A DNA stretch of 64,000 bases from positions 6,882,001 through 6,946,000 of the forward strand of contig NW_025963968.1 of the NCBI RefSeq assembly GCF_023055435.1, in the 5' to 3' direction. Position 1 is the stretch's first letter; each line of letters opens with the position of its first letter. Origin of the DNA: Haliotis rufescens (Eukaryota). The notes beneath the pieces were generated by a model that worked only from the letters and a program-made list of their open reading frames with translations, did not search any database and had not been told where the DNA came from. This document shows positions 1-11,604 of the stretch, piece by piece. The translations under genes were made by a program, and so were the position numbers.

Positions 1-59
1 CATTAGAGAAATACTTACTTCCTTACCAAGTATCATATCGACACAAATTCTGATCAACG

Positions 60-2130
60 TTTACCATAAACATTTCACCCTTTGCTGTAACGCCTCAAAC
101 CAATTGAAGACCCTGGTTTCCATATATGGAATCAGGCCATGGTCACGCGTTGCTCTCATCATACTCTCATTTGGTACCGTTTGGAGCATGCTATGGCAAT
201 CCGCTTCATAGCTATATTTTAGGCATGACCTGAATTCAGATTTAAAAGACTTTGTATTGTGAATATACTGCTGTTCCCAAATATACCCGAAACCAAAGCT
301 AAACAGGATATATTTACAATCTGAAACCAGTTGCTTTTGCCTTTATTAGATGCCTGTAACATCATATTGTAACACTTTTTGTGGATAACGGGTGTCAGGC
401 ATAGAAATAAGCGTCAGCCCGTAACTAATACATATTGTGTAAGCATAAATAGATACATGTAATGGATGTCGGCCGCACTCTTCACTAACGATGTGGTTAG
501 GGGTAGATATCTTGACATCAAGAAAGCGCTTACACGCCAACATATGTACAGTTTTCATTTCATCATTTTGATACAACACCTATACCTCTGATCCATAAAG
601 CAATATTGGGGTTATTTCAATGTTAAATATTCTCGACAACAGTTCATGGCCAAATTAATCTACTTTACATTATGACTTCAAATGTAAAATACAGCTTTTC
701 TTTTTTGCAAAGCTGCATTTTCGAAGCGTCTGGGCCACGGAAGAAATTTCTAGAAAACATAACGCCTAAAAATTTGTAAAAAGATACACACTTGAGTTTA
801 GTCCCTTTATAAAACCATTTCCTGACAAACGCCCCCACCCCTGCCTTCTTGAACACCAAGAACGTTGTATACAAATTAACATCTTATCTAAGATCAATGT
901 AATATTTCTCCAAAACATTCATTCGTTTCTGCAATCCCTCAATACTATCTGCTATAATGATAATATGATCTGCGAATAGCAAAATGAAACAAATGCGTCA
1001 AATCAGGGTACAACTGGATACCTTTCCTCAATTTCGAATAATAATTAATAAAAATGGAAAATAAAAAAGGACTTCAAACAAANNNNNNNNNNNNNNNNNN
1101 NNNNNNNNNNNNNNNNNNNNNNNNNNNNNNNNNNNNNNNNNNNNNNNNNNNNNNNNNNNNNNNNNNNNNNNNNNNNNNNNNNNNNNNNNNNNNNNNNNNN
1201 NNNNNNNNNNNNNNNNNNNNNNNNNNNNNNNNNNNNNNNNNNNNNNNNNNNNNNNNNNNNNNNNNNNNNNNNNNNNNNNNNNNNNNNNNTTTTGGTGTCG
1301 TATCCCATACAGGTAGACATTATCAGTCTTTGGATCTAGGCCACGGCCGTCGTCCTAGGCTATAACAGACAACCCCTGGGTACCCCCTCCGTCGCTCTCA
1401 CTGGGGCGAAGAGGCGTTCGTCCCTCGGCCCCATGGTATCGGCGTTTCGGTGATCCCCGGCGTGTAGTAGTGAATTCTGAATTCATCATTTTCAAGGACA
1501 TACACGTCGCCATTTATCATTAGTTTTTCATAGGAGAGATAAGCTGCCTTATCGCTTTTACATGCATCCACCACGTGAGGGATAAGCCCCGCCCTTATCT
1601 TTCTAACTCTCTCTTCTATGCCATTAACTATTCCTCTTCTTTATCAACAAGAGTTTCCAATTTGGATATTCTTTCTTCAAATTCAACGTTTTCTGACCTC
1701 AGCTTAAAAAAATAATGATTGTATCAAACTTTCTATTAAGTTTACCAATTCCCGATCTGATAAGTTTTATACGTGTTGTGGCATCTTCCTGGTAGTGGAT
1801 TAGAATCGCTGTTCCTCGAGTTAACATCGTGCTGAAGTAGACTATCTAGTTGCCTTACTCCATTCTCTCTTCTATGCCATAAAATTGTTCCTCTTCTTTA
1901 TCAGCAAGAGTTTTCAATTTGGATATTCTTTCTTCAAGATCAACGTGTTCCGACTTGAACTTAGAACTTAGAACTTGGTTAGAATCGCTGTTCCTCTTGT
2001 TAACGTCGTGCTGAAGTAGACTATGCAGTTGCTTTACTTCGGGCACCCCAACTGACACTTCCCCGACCCCGCGGGCCTTGGTTTAACTTCACCTCAGAAC
2101 ATATTTGTAGGAGCCATGGTATCACGAGCT
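60..2130 (-). mobile_element. Decayed non-LTR retrotransposon (ORF1-like and RT remnants, RTE-X-like), copy 1
   Basis: Minus-strand remnants read LFADHIII..GLQ, LVFKK..WFYKG..YKFLG and ECGRHPL, homologous to the better-preserved LINE at 51-53 kb. After the gap is a coiled-coil ORF1-like segment (DLEERISKL..., AYLSYEKLMINGDVY). Clade assignment is tentative. Confidence 0.7.
1083..1289. other. Assembly gap (N run)
   Basis: Run of N. Confidence 1.
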
Positions 2131-3036
2131 CAAATATTGTTTTCTTATTATTTGATAAACAAATGGATGTTTTGACAATTTATCTTATTAAATGAAATGG
2201 GTACAGCGTATTGCATTATGTTGGCACAGTACAAGAGTACATGTTCTCCATCTTATGTGTATACGTAAAATACGTGGCGTCCTATTCGTGCAAAAAATAC
2301 AAATGGATATTAGATGAAACTGTATACTTGGACAGTCATCGTTTTAAAAATGAAATGTTAATCTACAGTTAATAGCTCAACAGCATATATAATATAATGA
2401 TGATTATTTACGTGTCATATGAATAATGTTTATGTTATATCTTTCTCCTTACCAACGATCCCTTTTTAATCGATTAAGAATGTTTTCATAGTTTATGATT
2501 CATACTGCGCAATTAAATTGCAGAATAAAATAACCACGCATCAACCCTTACAAGTCAACTCTCGCGAATGTATTTTGAGCGATATATTATAGTTAAAAGA
2601 ATACAGGATATCTAATAAATATCTCCTAATATATGTTTTCATGTGTTTTTATCATACCACATGTAAGTTCAGGAATATGTTCATCCTTCCTTGCAGATTA
2701 TTCACAAAAGATGTTTTCCACATAACTCAAGTTATTAAGATATCCTTCCTTCAATCATTTCTGTGTTATAATGGCCCTATACCTCGATGTGAAGACATAC
2801 AGATGGACCATTGAAAAGCAATATTAATTCACCCAGTCCACTTGGAACTCATGAGTTCAACCAACGTTGATGTACACCATATTCATAATTTGTAGTTTAT
2901 GTTGTACATATATGAAGTAAACAAATGAGGAAAATAAGGAGCAATGTAACACATATTTTATTGAAGTACTCTTGGTTCTACATTAATGCATAGTGATAAA
3001 GCTAGAGTTGTATCTTCGGCTTGTGTAAGAAGACTC

Positions 3037-3532
3037 TCAGTAGTAACCGTACCCCATACCTGAAAGAGAACACATAATACACATGTCAGTGGGATTAAAT
3101 CAAGATGTGTTCCTTTCATTTAACGTGGGTTCAATTTGGTGTTAATCTATGTTGATGGATTGACGGCTTAACTTAAATGTAACGCCAAACATGATATTAA
3201 TCAGATAACCTACCAATTCCTTTGCCAAGTCCAATTCCTCCTCCAATTCCACCATACAGTCCTCCCATTCCACCGTACAGTCCTCCCATGCCTCCGTACA
3301 GACCTCCCATGCCTCCGTACAGACCTCCCATGCCTCCGTACAGACCTCCCATGCCTCCGTACAGACCTCCCATACCTCCGTACAGGCCTCCCATACCATA
3401 GCCGCCATAGCCAAGGCCACCAAGGCCACCAAGGCCACCAAGGCCTCCGTACATGTCCATTCCGTAGCCAATGGGTTTGGCGTAGGTAGCAACAGCCAGA
3501 CAGGCAACAAGGACGACGATAATCTTCATCAT
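3037..3532 (-). CDS. Secreted Gly/Met/Tyr-rich protein, pair 1 minus gene; spliced CDS 3532-3214 + 3059-3037, 113 aa ending GMGYGYY
   Basis: Signal peptide MMKIIVVLVACLAVATYA, (GGL)4, MGGLY(GGMGGLY)6. Phase-1 donor G|GTAGGT at 3213; acceptor TTTCAG|GTATGGGGTACGGTTACTACTGA; AATAAA at 2962-2957. Exon-2 acceptor at 3541; non-coding exon 1 about 4349-4304. Confidence 0.9.
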
Positions 3533-3690
3533 TTTAAATAGCTGTCATAAAGAAATATTTTGAATTAGCGATAATTTTAAACAACCAGGTTAATTTATTT
3601 GCAAAACGGTAATTCATCCATACAACCGATTACAAAGGTATTATCAATTCAAATTATTATATATGTATTTTGTTTCTACGTTATTATTTT

Positions 3691-3922
3691 GTGTTGTTGT
3701 TTAACGCCGCATTCAGCAATATTCCAGCTGTATGACGGCTGTCTGTAATAATGGAGTCTGGACCCGACAATCCAGTGATTGACATCATGAGCATCGATCC
3801 ACTCAATTGGGAAACGATGGCATGCATCAAACAAGTCATCAAGCCCGACCACCCGATCCTGTTAGTCGCCTCAAGCATACTCGCCTTTTACGGCAAGTGT
3901 ATTCTGCTCCGGATCGTCACGG
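3691..3922 (-). mobile_element. SINE-like element (non-tRNA head, GCTGGAATATTGCTGA-GCGGCGTTAAAC tail) in intron 1
   Basis: Same family at 10528-10760, 56661-56893 and 61375-61605. Absent from intron 1 of the pair 3 and pair 4 minus genes. Confidence 0.8.
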
Positions 3923-4348
3923 CGGATAATGCACATATACATTATTTGAATGACTGAGAGGGTAAACATTCACGTGATTCATATATTTATAATACATGTT
4001 CATTAATCAGTAATGATATATTGGAAGCTACGCTTGAATGTTTCTTCACCTTATCTCCGAATATGGAACATATGGCGAATATCGAAGCCAAATGTTGTAC
4101 GCGTGATGGTTCAGGATGTAATAACTTAAATCCATGTTTCAAAAATATTATGTGAACTTTGGCGAACTTTTTGTTGACGAAAAGAGAGTTGACCGTTGTA
4201 AAAAAGTTTAACGACCTTAACTTAAATCATGGTTGATGTCACCATATGGATAAGCAAGTGGTATTACTACAACATTTACACAGTGTCAAATACAGATACT
4301 CACATTGAGGTACACAGATCGACTATTTGCAAATGCAGGAAAGTTCAG

Positions 4349-4645
4349 TGATGTGGTCACTCACCACACTCACGTATATATACCTGGTGTATTATGTATT
4401 ACCTGTGATTGATTAGCCTGGGAATGGCTACTTCCGGGTGGGATCAATGACAAACGTCAATTAACTCTTCCGGAACAAGTAAAGGCGACATAAAATTACC
4501 AATAAGCATGTATTTTATCCTTGGGGCTTAAATGTGAGTAGAATTGGGTAACTGTACAAGGAAGAGTGGACATTGCGCCAGCGGGGTTAGACATTCCCGC
4601 AATCCCCGGCCTATATAAGAACACAGAAAAAGGCCGTAATCACCA
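4349..4645. promoter_or_regulatory. Bidirectional promoter of pair 1
   Basis: Minus TATATATA 4382-4375 with Inr TCACTG (A at 4349) and donor GTGAGT at 4303. Plus TATATAAG 4612-4619 with Inr CCAGTT (A at 4645) and donor GTTAGT at 4673. The intervening block is conserved in all four pairs. Confidence 0.8.
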
Positions 4646-4906
4646 GTTTCGCACAGCTCCATAGTGACAAAGGTTAGTTGACTTGAATTCACATGATTTG
4701 TTTAAATTAATGAAGTCGAATTTGTAAATGTATTAAAATGTCAATAAACGAAGGCAAATACTGTTAATTACATTTCTACCGCATGAAATTGAAATCTATT
4801 CAAAGATTATTTGTTTTACAATAATCGTATTTCAAATATAATCACTTGATGGTATTAATGTAACGAAATTAAGAAAGTATGTATTTTTTCATGGCAGCTA
4901 CTGAAA

Positions 4907-6529
4907 ATGATGAAGATTATCGTCGTCCTTGTTGCCTGTCTGGCTGTTGCTGCCTACGCAAAACCCACTGGCTACGGTATTGGCATGTACGGAGGCCTTG
5001 GTGGCCTTGGTGGCCTTGGCTATGGTGGCTATGGAATGGGAGGCTTGTACGGAGGCATGGGAGGTCTGTACGGAGGCATGGGAGGCTTTGGCTATGGTGG
5101 TCTGGGAGGTCTGTACGGAGGTATGGGTCTTAACGGAGGCTTGGGAGGCCTGTACGGAGGCTTGGGAGGACTGTACGGAGGAATGGGAGGACTGTACGGC
5201 GGCATGTACGGAGGAATTGGACTTGGCAAAGGAATTGGTACGTTTGCAATGTAATATAATTATGTTAACATGGCATTAGGAGACATGTATGGTTGCATGA
5301 ACATTTAATAGACTTGTGTCATTTTTGCATATTGATTTGCTAATTTCAGTAACATATAATCTGTCTGTAGGTTTGGAGATGGGAGGTGAGGTGTAAGGGA
5401 GTGGGGGTGGATGGTAGGGGGGTTGGGTGGGGGTGGCTTGAGTTTTGTTCGCAATCTTCTACTCTCAATACATACAATGATTACCGTTGTTGCCTGTCTG
5501 ACTGTTGCTACCTACGACAAACCCATTGGCTTCGGTTTGGACGTTCACGGAGGCCTTGATGGCCTTGGCTATGGAGGCTAAGGTAAGGGAGGCCTGTATG
5601 GAGGAATAGGCCTTTATCGAGGCGTGGGAGGCATGCATTGAGGCATGTGTGTGTGTTGATCTGATGATAGGTAAATTGCGAGGAATGATCCCACTGTATG
5701 GTGGAACGGGATATGTGAAGGTAAGGGTCTTTTCTGCATATTGATTTGCTAAATTTGAGTAACATATACAAAGGACATGTATGGCATGCTGGGGTAGTAC
5801 AGTAACCATGTCACTGACTCTGGCCAGATACAAGTAATATCTCACTCTTTCTAATTTCGCCACAGTTCTATTTAAATAGCGAAACGAAGCGATCATGATG
5901 TCAACCAAGCGAAACAAGTATCACAATAACATGCTTACATATGTTCCATTCACATGCCTTTCAGGACTGTTGTCAGATGATCATATTTGAAAATCACTTT
6001 TATGGTTTAAGTGTTTCTTTTATATATCATTCCTCCAACATCATATTGACATGAACATCACATTCGAACTCTGCTTCATTGCTGTTGTGGTTTTTGTGTC
6101 GTAGCAGTTATGAGCATGTTAGTGAACACTTCAGCCATATAGTGACAACCCAATCTTTCAAGGCACTGTTATGACACATTATTGATTAAATCACATCCAT
6201 CGATGTACGTCGGTCCTACGACAAGCACGAGGAACTTATAATTGGGAACTAATTTTGACCGGGAATCCCCATCGAATCGAAGGAAAAACAAGCAAGGACT
6301 ATGAGTTTTGTATTGTTCTTTTTAAACTTGATAAAATACTTCACATTACGGGAGCAATCTACAATACAGGGCTGAACCTTCCTTGCTATCAACGTAGTTA
6401 TTCCAAGGCGAGTACATGATTTGTTTTGATTAATAGTTGCAATTTACACTATTGTTGGTTAGACAATTGCATACGCATCCCTTTATTTATATAGAATGTA
6501 TTTTTACTTCAGGTATGGGATACTATTGA
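4907..6529 (+). CDS. Secreted Gly/Met/Tyr-rich protein, pair 1 plus gene; spliced CDS 4907-5237 + 6513-6529, 115 aa ending GMGYY
   Basis: Signal peptide and GGLY repeats. Acceptor GGCAG|CTAC at 4898; donor G|GTACGT at 5238; acceptor TTACTTCAG|GTATGGGATACTATTGA; AATAAA 6627-6632. Confidence 0.9.
5465..5720 (+). pseudogene. Decayed duplicate of exon 2 inside intron 2
   Basis: Degenerate signal-peptide and Gly-repeat sequence (gttgcctgtctgactgttgctacctacgacaaacccattggc) with frameshifts, ending at donor-like GTAAGG. The following intron segment (tgcatattgatttgctaa) is also duplicated. Confidence 0.8.
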
Positions 6530-6899
6530 GGTTGGTGAGACGGCGCCTCAGATCTGCAACAGTTTCAGCGCTGATCAAACAAACCTCTCAATGCTTCACG
6601 GAAGACAAATACTTTCTTCTCGGATCAATAAAGGACATTTCTACAATACTTAATATTTTGTTGTTAGTTTCCAGTGATCCAATCATATAATTGTGACCCT
6701 TATTTTGCCTTTTACGCCTAATATAATGTGTTTCAGTAGATAATCGAGAATAATTATCATCTGGCGTTGACGTATTATATGTCATTCAAATCACTCACTG
6801 TAAGTTGGAGGCCAAATTGCATATTGTTTGTCTTGATACTGTCCAGCATTAGAGAAATACTTACTTCCTTACCAAGTATCATATCGACACAAATTCTGA

Positions 6900-8970
6900 T
6901 CAACGTTTACCATAAACATTTCACCCTTTGCTGTAACTCCTCACGCCAACTGAAGACCCTGGTTTCCATATATGGAATCAGGCCATGGTCACGCGTTGCT
7001 CTCATCATACTCTCATTTGGTACCGTTTGGAGCATGCTATGGCAATCCGCTTCATAGCTATATTTTAGGCATGACCTGAATTCAGATTTAAAAGACTTTG
7101 TATTGTGAATATACTGCTGTTCCCAAATATACCCGAAACCAAAGCTAAACAGGATATATTTACAATTCGAAATCCAGTTGCTTTTGCCTTTATTAGATGC
7201 CTGTAACATCATATTGTCACACTTTTGTGGATAACGGGTGTCAGGCATAGAAATAAGCGTCAGCCCGTAACTAATACATATTGTGTAAGCATAAATAGAT
7301 ACATGTAATGGATGTCGGCCGCACTCTCCACTAACGATGTGGTTAGGGGTAGATATCTTGACATCAAGAAAGCGCTTACACGCCAACATATGTACAGTTT
7401 TCATTTCATCATTTTGATACAACACCTATACCTCTGATCCATAAAGCAATATTGGGGTTATTTCCATGTCAAATATTCTCGACAACAGTTCATGGCCAAA
7501 TTAATCAGCTTTACATTATGACTTCAAATGCAAAATACAGCTTTTCTCTTTTGCAAAGCTGCATTTTCGAAGCGTCTGGGCCACGGAAGAAATTTCTAGA
7601 AAACATAACGCCTAAGAATTTGTAAAAAGATACACACTTGAGTTTAGTCCCTTTGTAAAACCATTTCCTGACAAACGCCCCCACCCATGCCTTCTTGAAC
7701 ACCAAGAACGTTGTAACCAAATTAACATCTTATCAAAGATCAATGTAATATTTCTCCAAAACATTCTTTGGATTCTGCAATCCCTCAATACTATCTGCTA
7801 TTATGATAATATCATCTGCGAATAGCAAAATGAAACAAATGCGTCAAATCAGGGTACAACTGGATACCTTTCCTCAATTTCGAATAATAATTAATAAAAA
7901 TGGAAAATAAAAAAGGACTTCAAACGAAANNNNNNNNNNNNNNNNNNNNNNNNNNNNNNNNNNNNNNNNNNNNNNNNNNNNNNNNNNNNNNNNNNNNNNN
8001 NNNNNNNNNNNNNNNNNNNNNNNNNNNNNNNNNNNNNNNNNNNNNNNNNNNNNNNNNNNNNNNNNNNNNNNNNNNNNNNNNNNNNNNNNNNNNNNNNNNN
8101 NNNNNNNNNNNNNNNNNNNNNNNNNNNNNNNNNNNNNNNNNNNNNNNNNNNNNNNNNNNNNNNNNNNNNNNNNNNNNNNNNNNNNNNNNNNNNNNNNNNN
8201 NNNNNNNNNNNNNNNNNNNNNNNNNNNNNNNNNNNNNNNNNNNNNNNNNNNNNNNNNNNNNNNNNNNNNNNNNNNNNNNNNNNNNNNNNNNTTTTGGTGT
8301 CGTATCCCTTACAGGTAGACATTTATCAGTCTTTGGATCTAGGCCACGGCTGTCGTCCTAGGCTATAACAGACAACCCCTGGGTACCCCCTCCGTCGCTC
8401 TCACTGGGGCGAAGAGGCGTTTGTCCCTCGGCACCATGGTATCGGCGTTTCGGTGATCCCCGGCGTGTAGTAGTGAATTCTGAATTCATCATTTTCAAGG
8501 ACATACACGTCGCCATTTATCATTAGTTTTTCATAGGAGAGATAAGCTGCCTTATCGCTTTTACATGCATCCACCACGTGAGGGATAAGCCCCGCCCTTA
8601 TCTTTCTAACTCTCTCTTCTATGCCATTAACTATTCCTCTTCTTTATCAACAAGAGTTTCCAATTTGGATATTCTTTCTTCAAATTCAACGTTTTCCGAC
8701 CTCAGCTTAAAAAAATAATCATTGTATCAAACTTTCTTTTAAGTTTACCAATGTTTACCAATGTCAGATCTCAAGTTTTAAACGCTCAGAGTCATCTTCC
8801 TGGTTGCGGTTAGAATCGCTGTTCCTCTTGTTAACGTCGTGCTGAAGTAGACTATGCAGTTGCCTTACTTCGGGCACCCCAACTGACACTTCCCCGACCC
8901 CGCGGGCCTTGGTTTAACTTCACCTCAGAACATACTTGTAGGAGTCATGGTATCACGAGCTCAAATATTG
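6900..8970 (-). mobile_element. Decayed non-LTR retrotransposon, copy 2 (part of the approximately 6.85-kb tandem unit)
   Basis: Near-identical to 60-2130; position 1 aligns with 6847. Confidence 0.7.
7930..8291. other. Assembly gap (N run) at the position equivalent to the first gap
   Basis: Run of N with nearly the same flanks as 1083-1289. Confidence 1.
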
Positions 8971-9867
8971 TTTTCGTATTATTTGATAAACAAATGGATG
9001 TTGTGACAATTTATCTTATTAAAGGAAATGGGTACAGCGTATTGCATTATGTTGGGCACAGTACAACAGTACATGTTCTCCATTTTATGTGTATACGTAA
9101 AATACGTGGTGTCCTATTCGTGCAAAAAATCCAAATGGATATTAGATGAAACTGTATACTTGGACAGTCATCGTTTTAAAAATGAAATGTTAATCTACAG
9201 TTAATAACTCAACAGCATATATAATATCATAATGATTATTTACGTGTCATATGAATAATGTTTATGTTATATCTTTCTCCTTACCAACGATCCCTTTTTA
9301 ATCGATGAAAAAATTTGTCATAGTTTATGATTCATACAGCGCAATTAAATTGCAGAATAAAATAACCACGCATCAACCCTTACAAGTCAACTCTCGCGAA
9401 TGTATTTTGAGCGATATATTATAGTTAAAAGAATACAGGATATCTAATATATATCTCCTGAAATATGTTTTCATGTGTTTTTATCATACCACATGTAAGT
9501 TCAGGAATATGTTCATCCTTCCTGCAGATTATTCACAAAAGATGTTTTCCACACAACTCAAGTTATTAAGATATCCTGCCTTTAATAATTTCTGTGTTAT
9601 AATGGCCCCATACCTCGATGTGAAGACATACAGATGGACCATTGAAAAGCAATATTAATTCACCCAGTTCACTTGGAACTCATGAGTTTAACCAACGTTG
9701 ATGTACACCATATTCATCACTTGTAGTTTATGTTGTACATATATGAAGTAAACAGATGAGGAAAATAAGGAGCAATGTAAGATATATTTTATTGAACTAC
9801 TCTTGGTTCTACATTAATGCATAGTGATAAAGCTAGAGTTGTATCTTCGGCTTGTGTAAGAAGACTC

Positions 9868-10369
9868 TCAGTAGTAACCGTACCCCATACCTGAAAGAGA
9901 ACACATAATACACATGTCAGTGGGATTTAATCAAGATGTGTTCCTTTCATTTAACGTGGGTTCAATTAAGTGACACTGTTAATCTATGTTGATGGATTGA
10001 CGGCTTAACTTAAGTGTAACGCCAAACATGATATTGATAAGATAACCTACCAATTCCTTTGCCAAGTCCAATTCCTCCGCCAATTCCACCATACAGTCCT
10101 CCCATTCCACCGTACAGTCCTCCCATGCCTCCGTACAGACCTCCCATGCCTCCGTACAGACCTCCCATGCCTCCGTACAGACCTCCCATGCCTCCGTACA
10201 GACCTCCCATACCTCCGTACAGGCCTCCCATACCATAGCCGCCATAGCCAAGGCCACCAAGGCCACCAAGGCCACCAAGGCCTCCGTACATGCCCATTCT
10301 GTAGCCAATGGGTTTGGCGTAGGTAGCAACAGCCAGACAGGCAACAAGGACGACGATAATCTTCATCAT
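9868..10369 (-). CDS. Secreted Gly/Met/Tyr-rich protein, pair 2 minus gene; spliced CDS 10369-10051 + 9890-9868, 113 aa
   Basis: Near-identical to the pair 1 minus gene with the same splice signals; exon-1 donor GTGAGT at 11001. Confidence 0.9.
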
Positions 10370-10527
10370 TTTAAATAGCTGTCATAAAGAAATATTTTGA
10401 ATTAGCGATACATTTAAACAACCAGGTTAATGTATTTGCAAGACGGTAATTCATCCATACAACCGATTACAAAGGTATTATCAATTCAAATTATTATATA
10501 TGTATTTTGTTTCTACGTTATTATTTT

Positions 10528-10760
10528 GTTGTTGTTGTTTAACGCCGCATTCAGCAATATTCCAGCTGTATGACGGCTGTCTGTAATAATGGAGTCTGGA
10601 CCCGACAATCCAGTGATTGACATCATGAGCATCGGTCCACTCAATTGGGAAACGATGACATGCATCAAACAAGTCATCAAGCCCGACCACCCGATCACGT
10701 TAGTCGCCTCAAGCATACTCGCCTTTTACGGCAAGTGTATTCTGCTCCGGATCGTCACGG
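10528..10760 (-). mobile_element. SINE-like element in intron 1 (duplicated with the unit)
   Basis: Matches 3691-3922. Confidence 0.8.
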
Positions 10761-11046
10761 CGGATAATGCACATATACACTATTTGAATGACTGAGAGGG
10801 TAAACATTCACGTGATTCATATATTTATAATACATGTTCATTAATCAGTAATGATATATTGGAAGCTACGCTTGAATGTTTCTTCACCTTATCTCCGAAT
10901 ATGGAACATTTGGCGAATATCGAAGCCAAATGGTGTACGCGTGATGGATAAGCAAGTGGTATTACTACAACATTTACACAGTGTCAAATACAGATACTCA
11001 CATTGAGGTACACAGATCGACTATTTGCAAATGCAGGAAAGTTCAG

Positions 11047-11343
11047 TTATGTGGTCACTCACCACACTCACGTATATATACCTGGTGTATTATGTATTAC
11101 CTGTGATTGATTAGCCTGGGAATGGCTACTTCCAAGTGGGATCAATGACAAACGTCAATTAACTCTTCCTGAACAAGTAAAGGTGACATAAAATTACCAA
11201 TAAGCATGTATTTTATCCTTGGGGCTTAAATGTGAGTAGTATTGGGTAACTGTACAAGGAAGAGTGGACATTGCGCCAGCGGGGTTAGACATTCCCGCAA
11301 TCCCAGGCCTATATAAGAACACAGAAAAAGGCCGTAATCACCA
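11047..11343. promoter_or_regulatory. Bidirectional promoter of pair 2
   Basis: Minus TATATATA 11080-11073 and plus TATATAAG 11310-11317; same conserved core; exon-1 donors at 11001 (-) and 11371 (+). Confidence 0.8.
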
Positions 11344-11604
11344 GTTTCGCACAGCTCCATAGTGACAAAGGTTAGTTGACTTGAATTCACATGATTTGTT
11401 TAAATTAATGAAGTCGAATTTGTAAATGTATTAAAATGTCAATAAACGAAGGCAAATACTGTTAATTACATTTCTACCGCATGAAATTGAAATCTATTCA
11501 AAGATTATTTGTTTTATAATAATCGTATTTCAAATAGAATCACTTGATGGTATTTATGTAATGAAATTAAGAAAGTATGTATTCTTTCATGGCAGCTACT
11601 GAAA

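Noticed and set aside
1045-1365. ORFs containing X runs (also 7891-8361)
   Set aside because: Artefacts of N gaps.
3142-3510. Overlapping-frame ORFs MLPVWLLL..(TEAWEVC)n found in all seven genes, plus antisense HASVQ-type ORFs
   Set aside because: They are shadows of GGN-rich repetitive codons that rarely create off-frame stops. The MLPVW frames start at TTG. The signal peptide and splice phase fit only the Gly frame.
4370-4375. Insect chorion hexamer TCACGT beside the minus TATA (pairs 1, 2 and 4)
   Set aside because: It lies on the downstream side of that TATA, is TCAGGT in pair 3 and is short enough to be chance; it is not evidence of homology to chorion genes.
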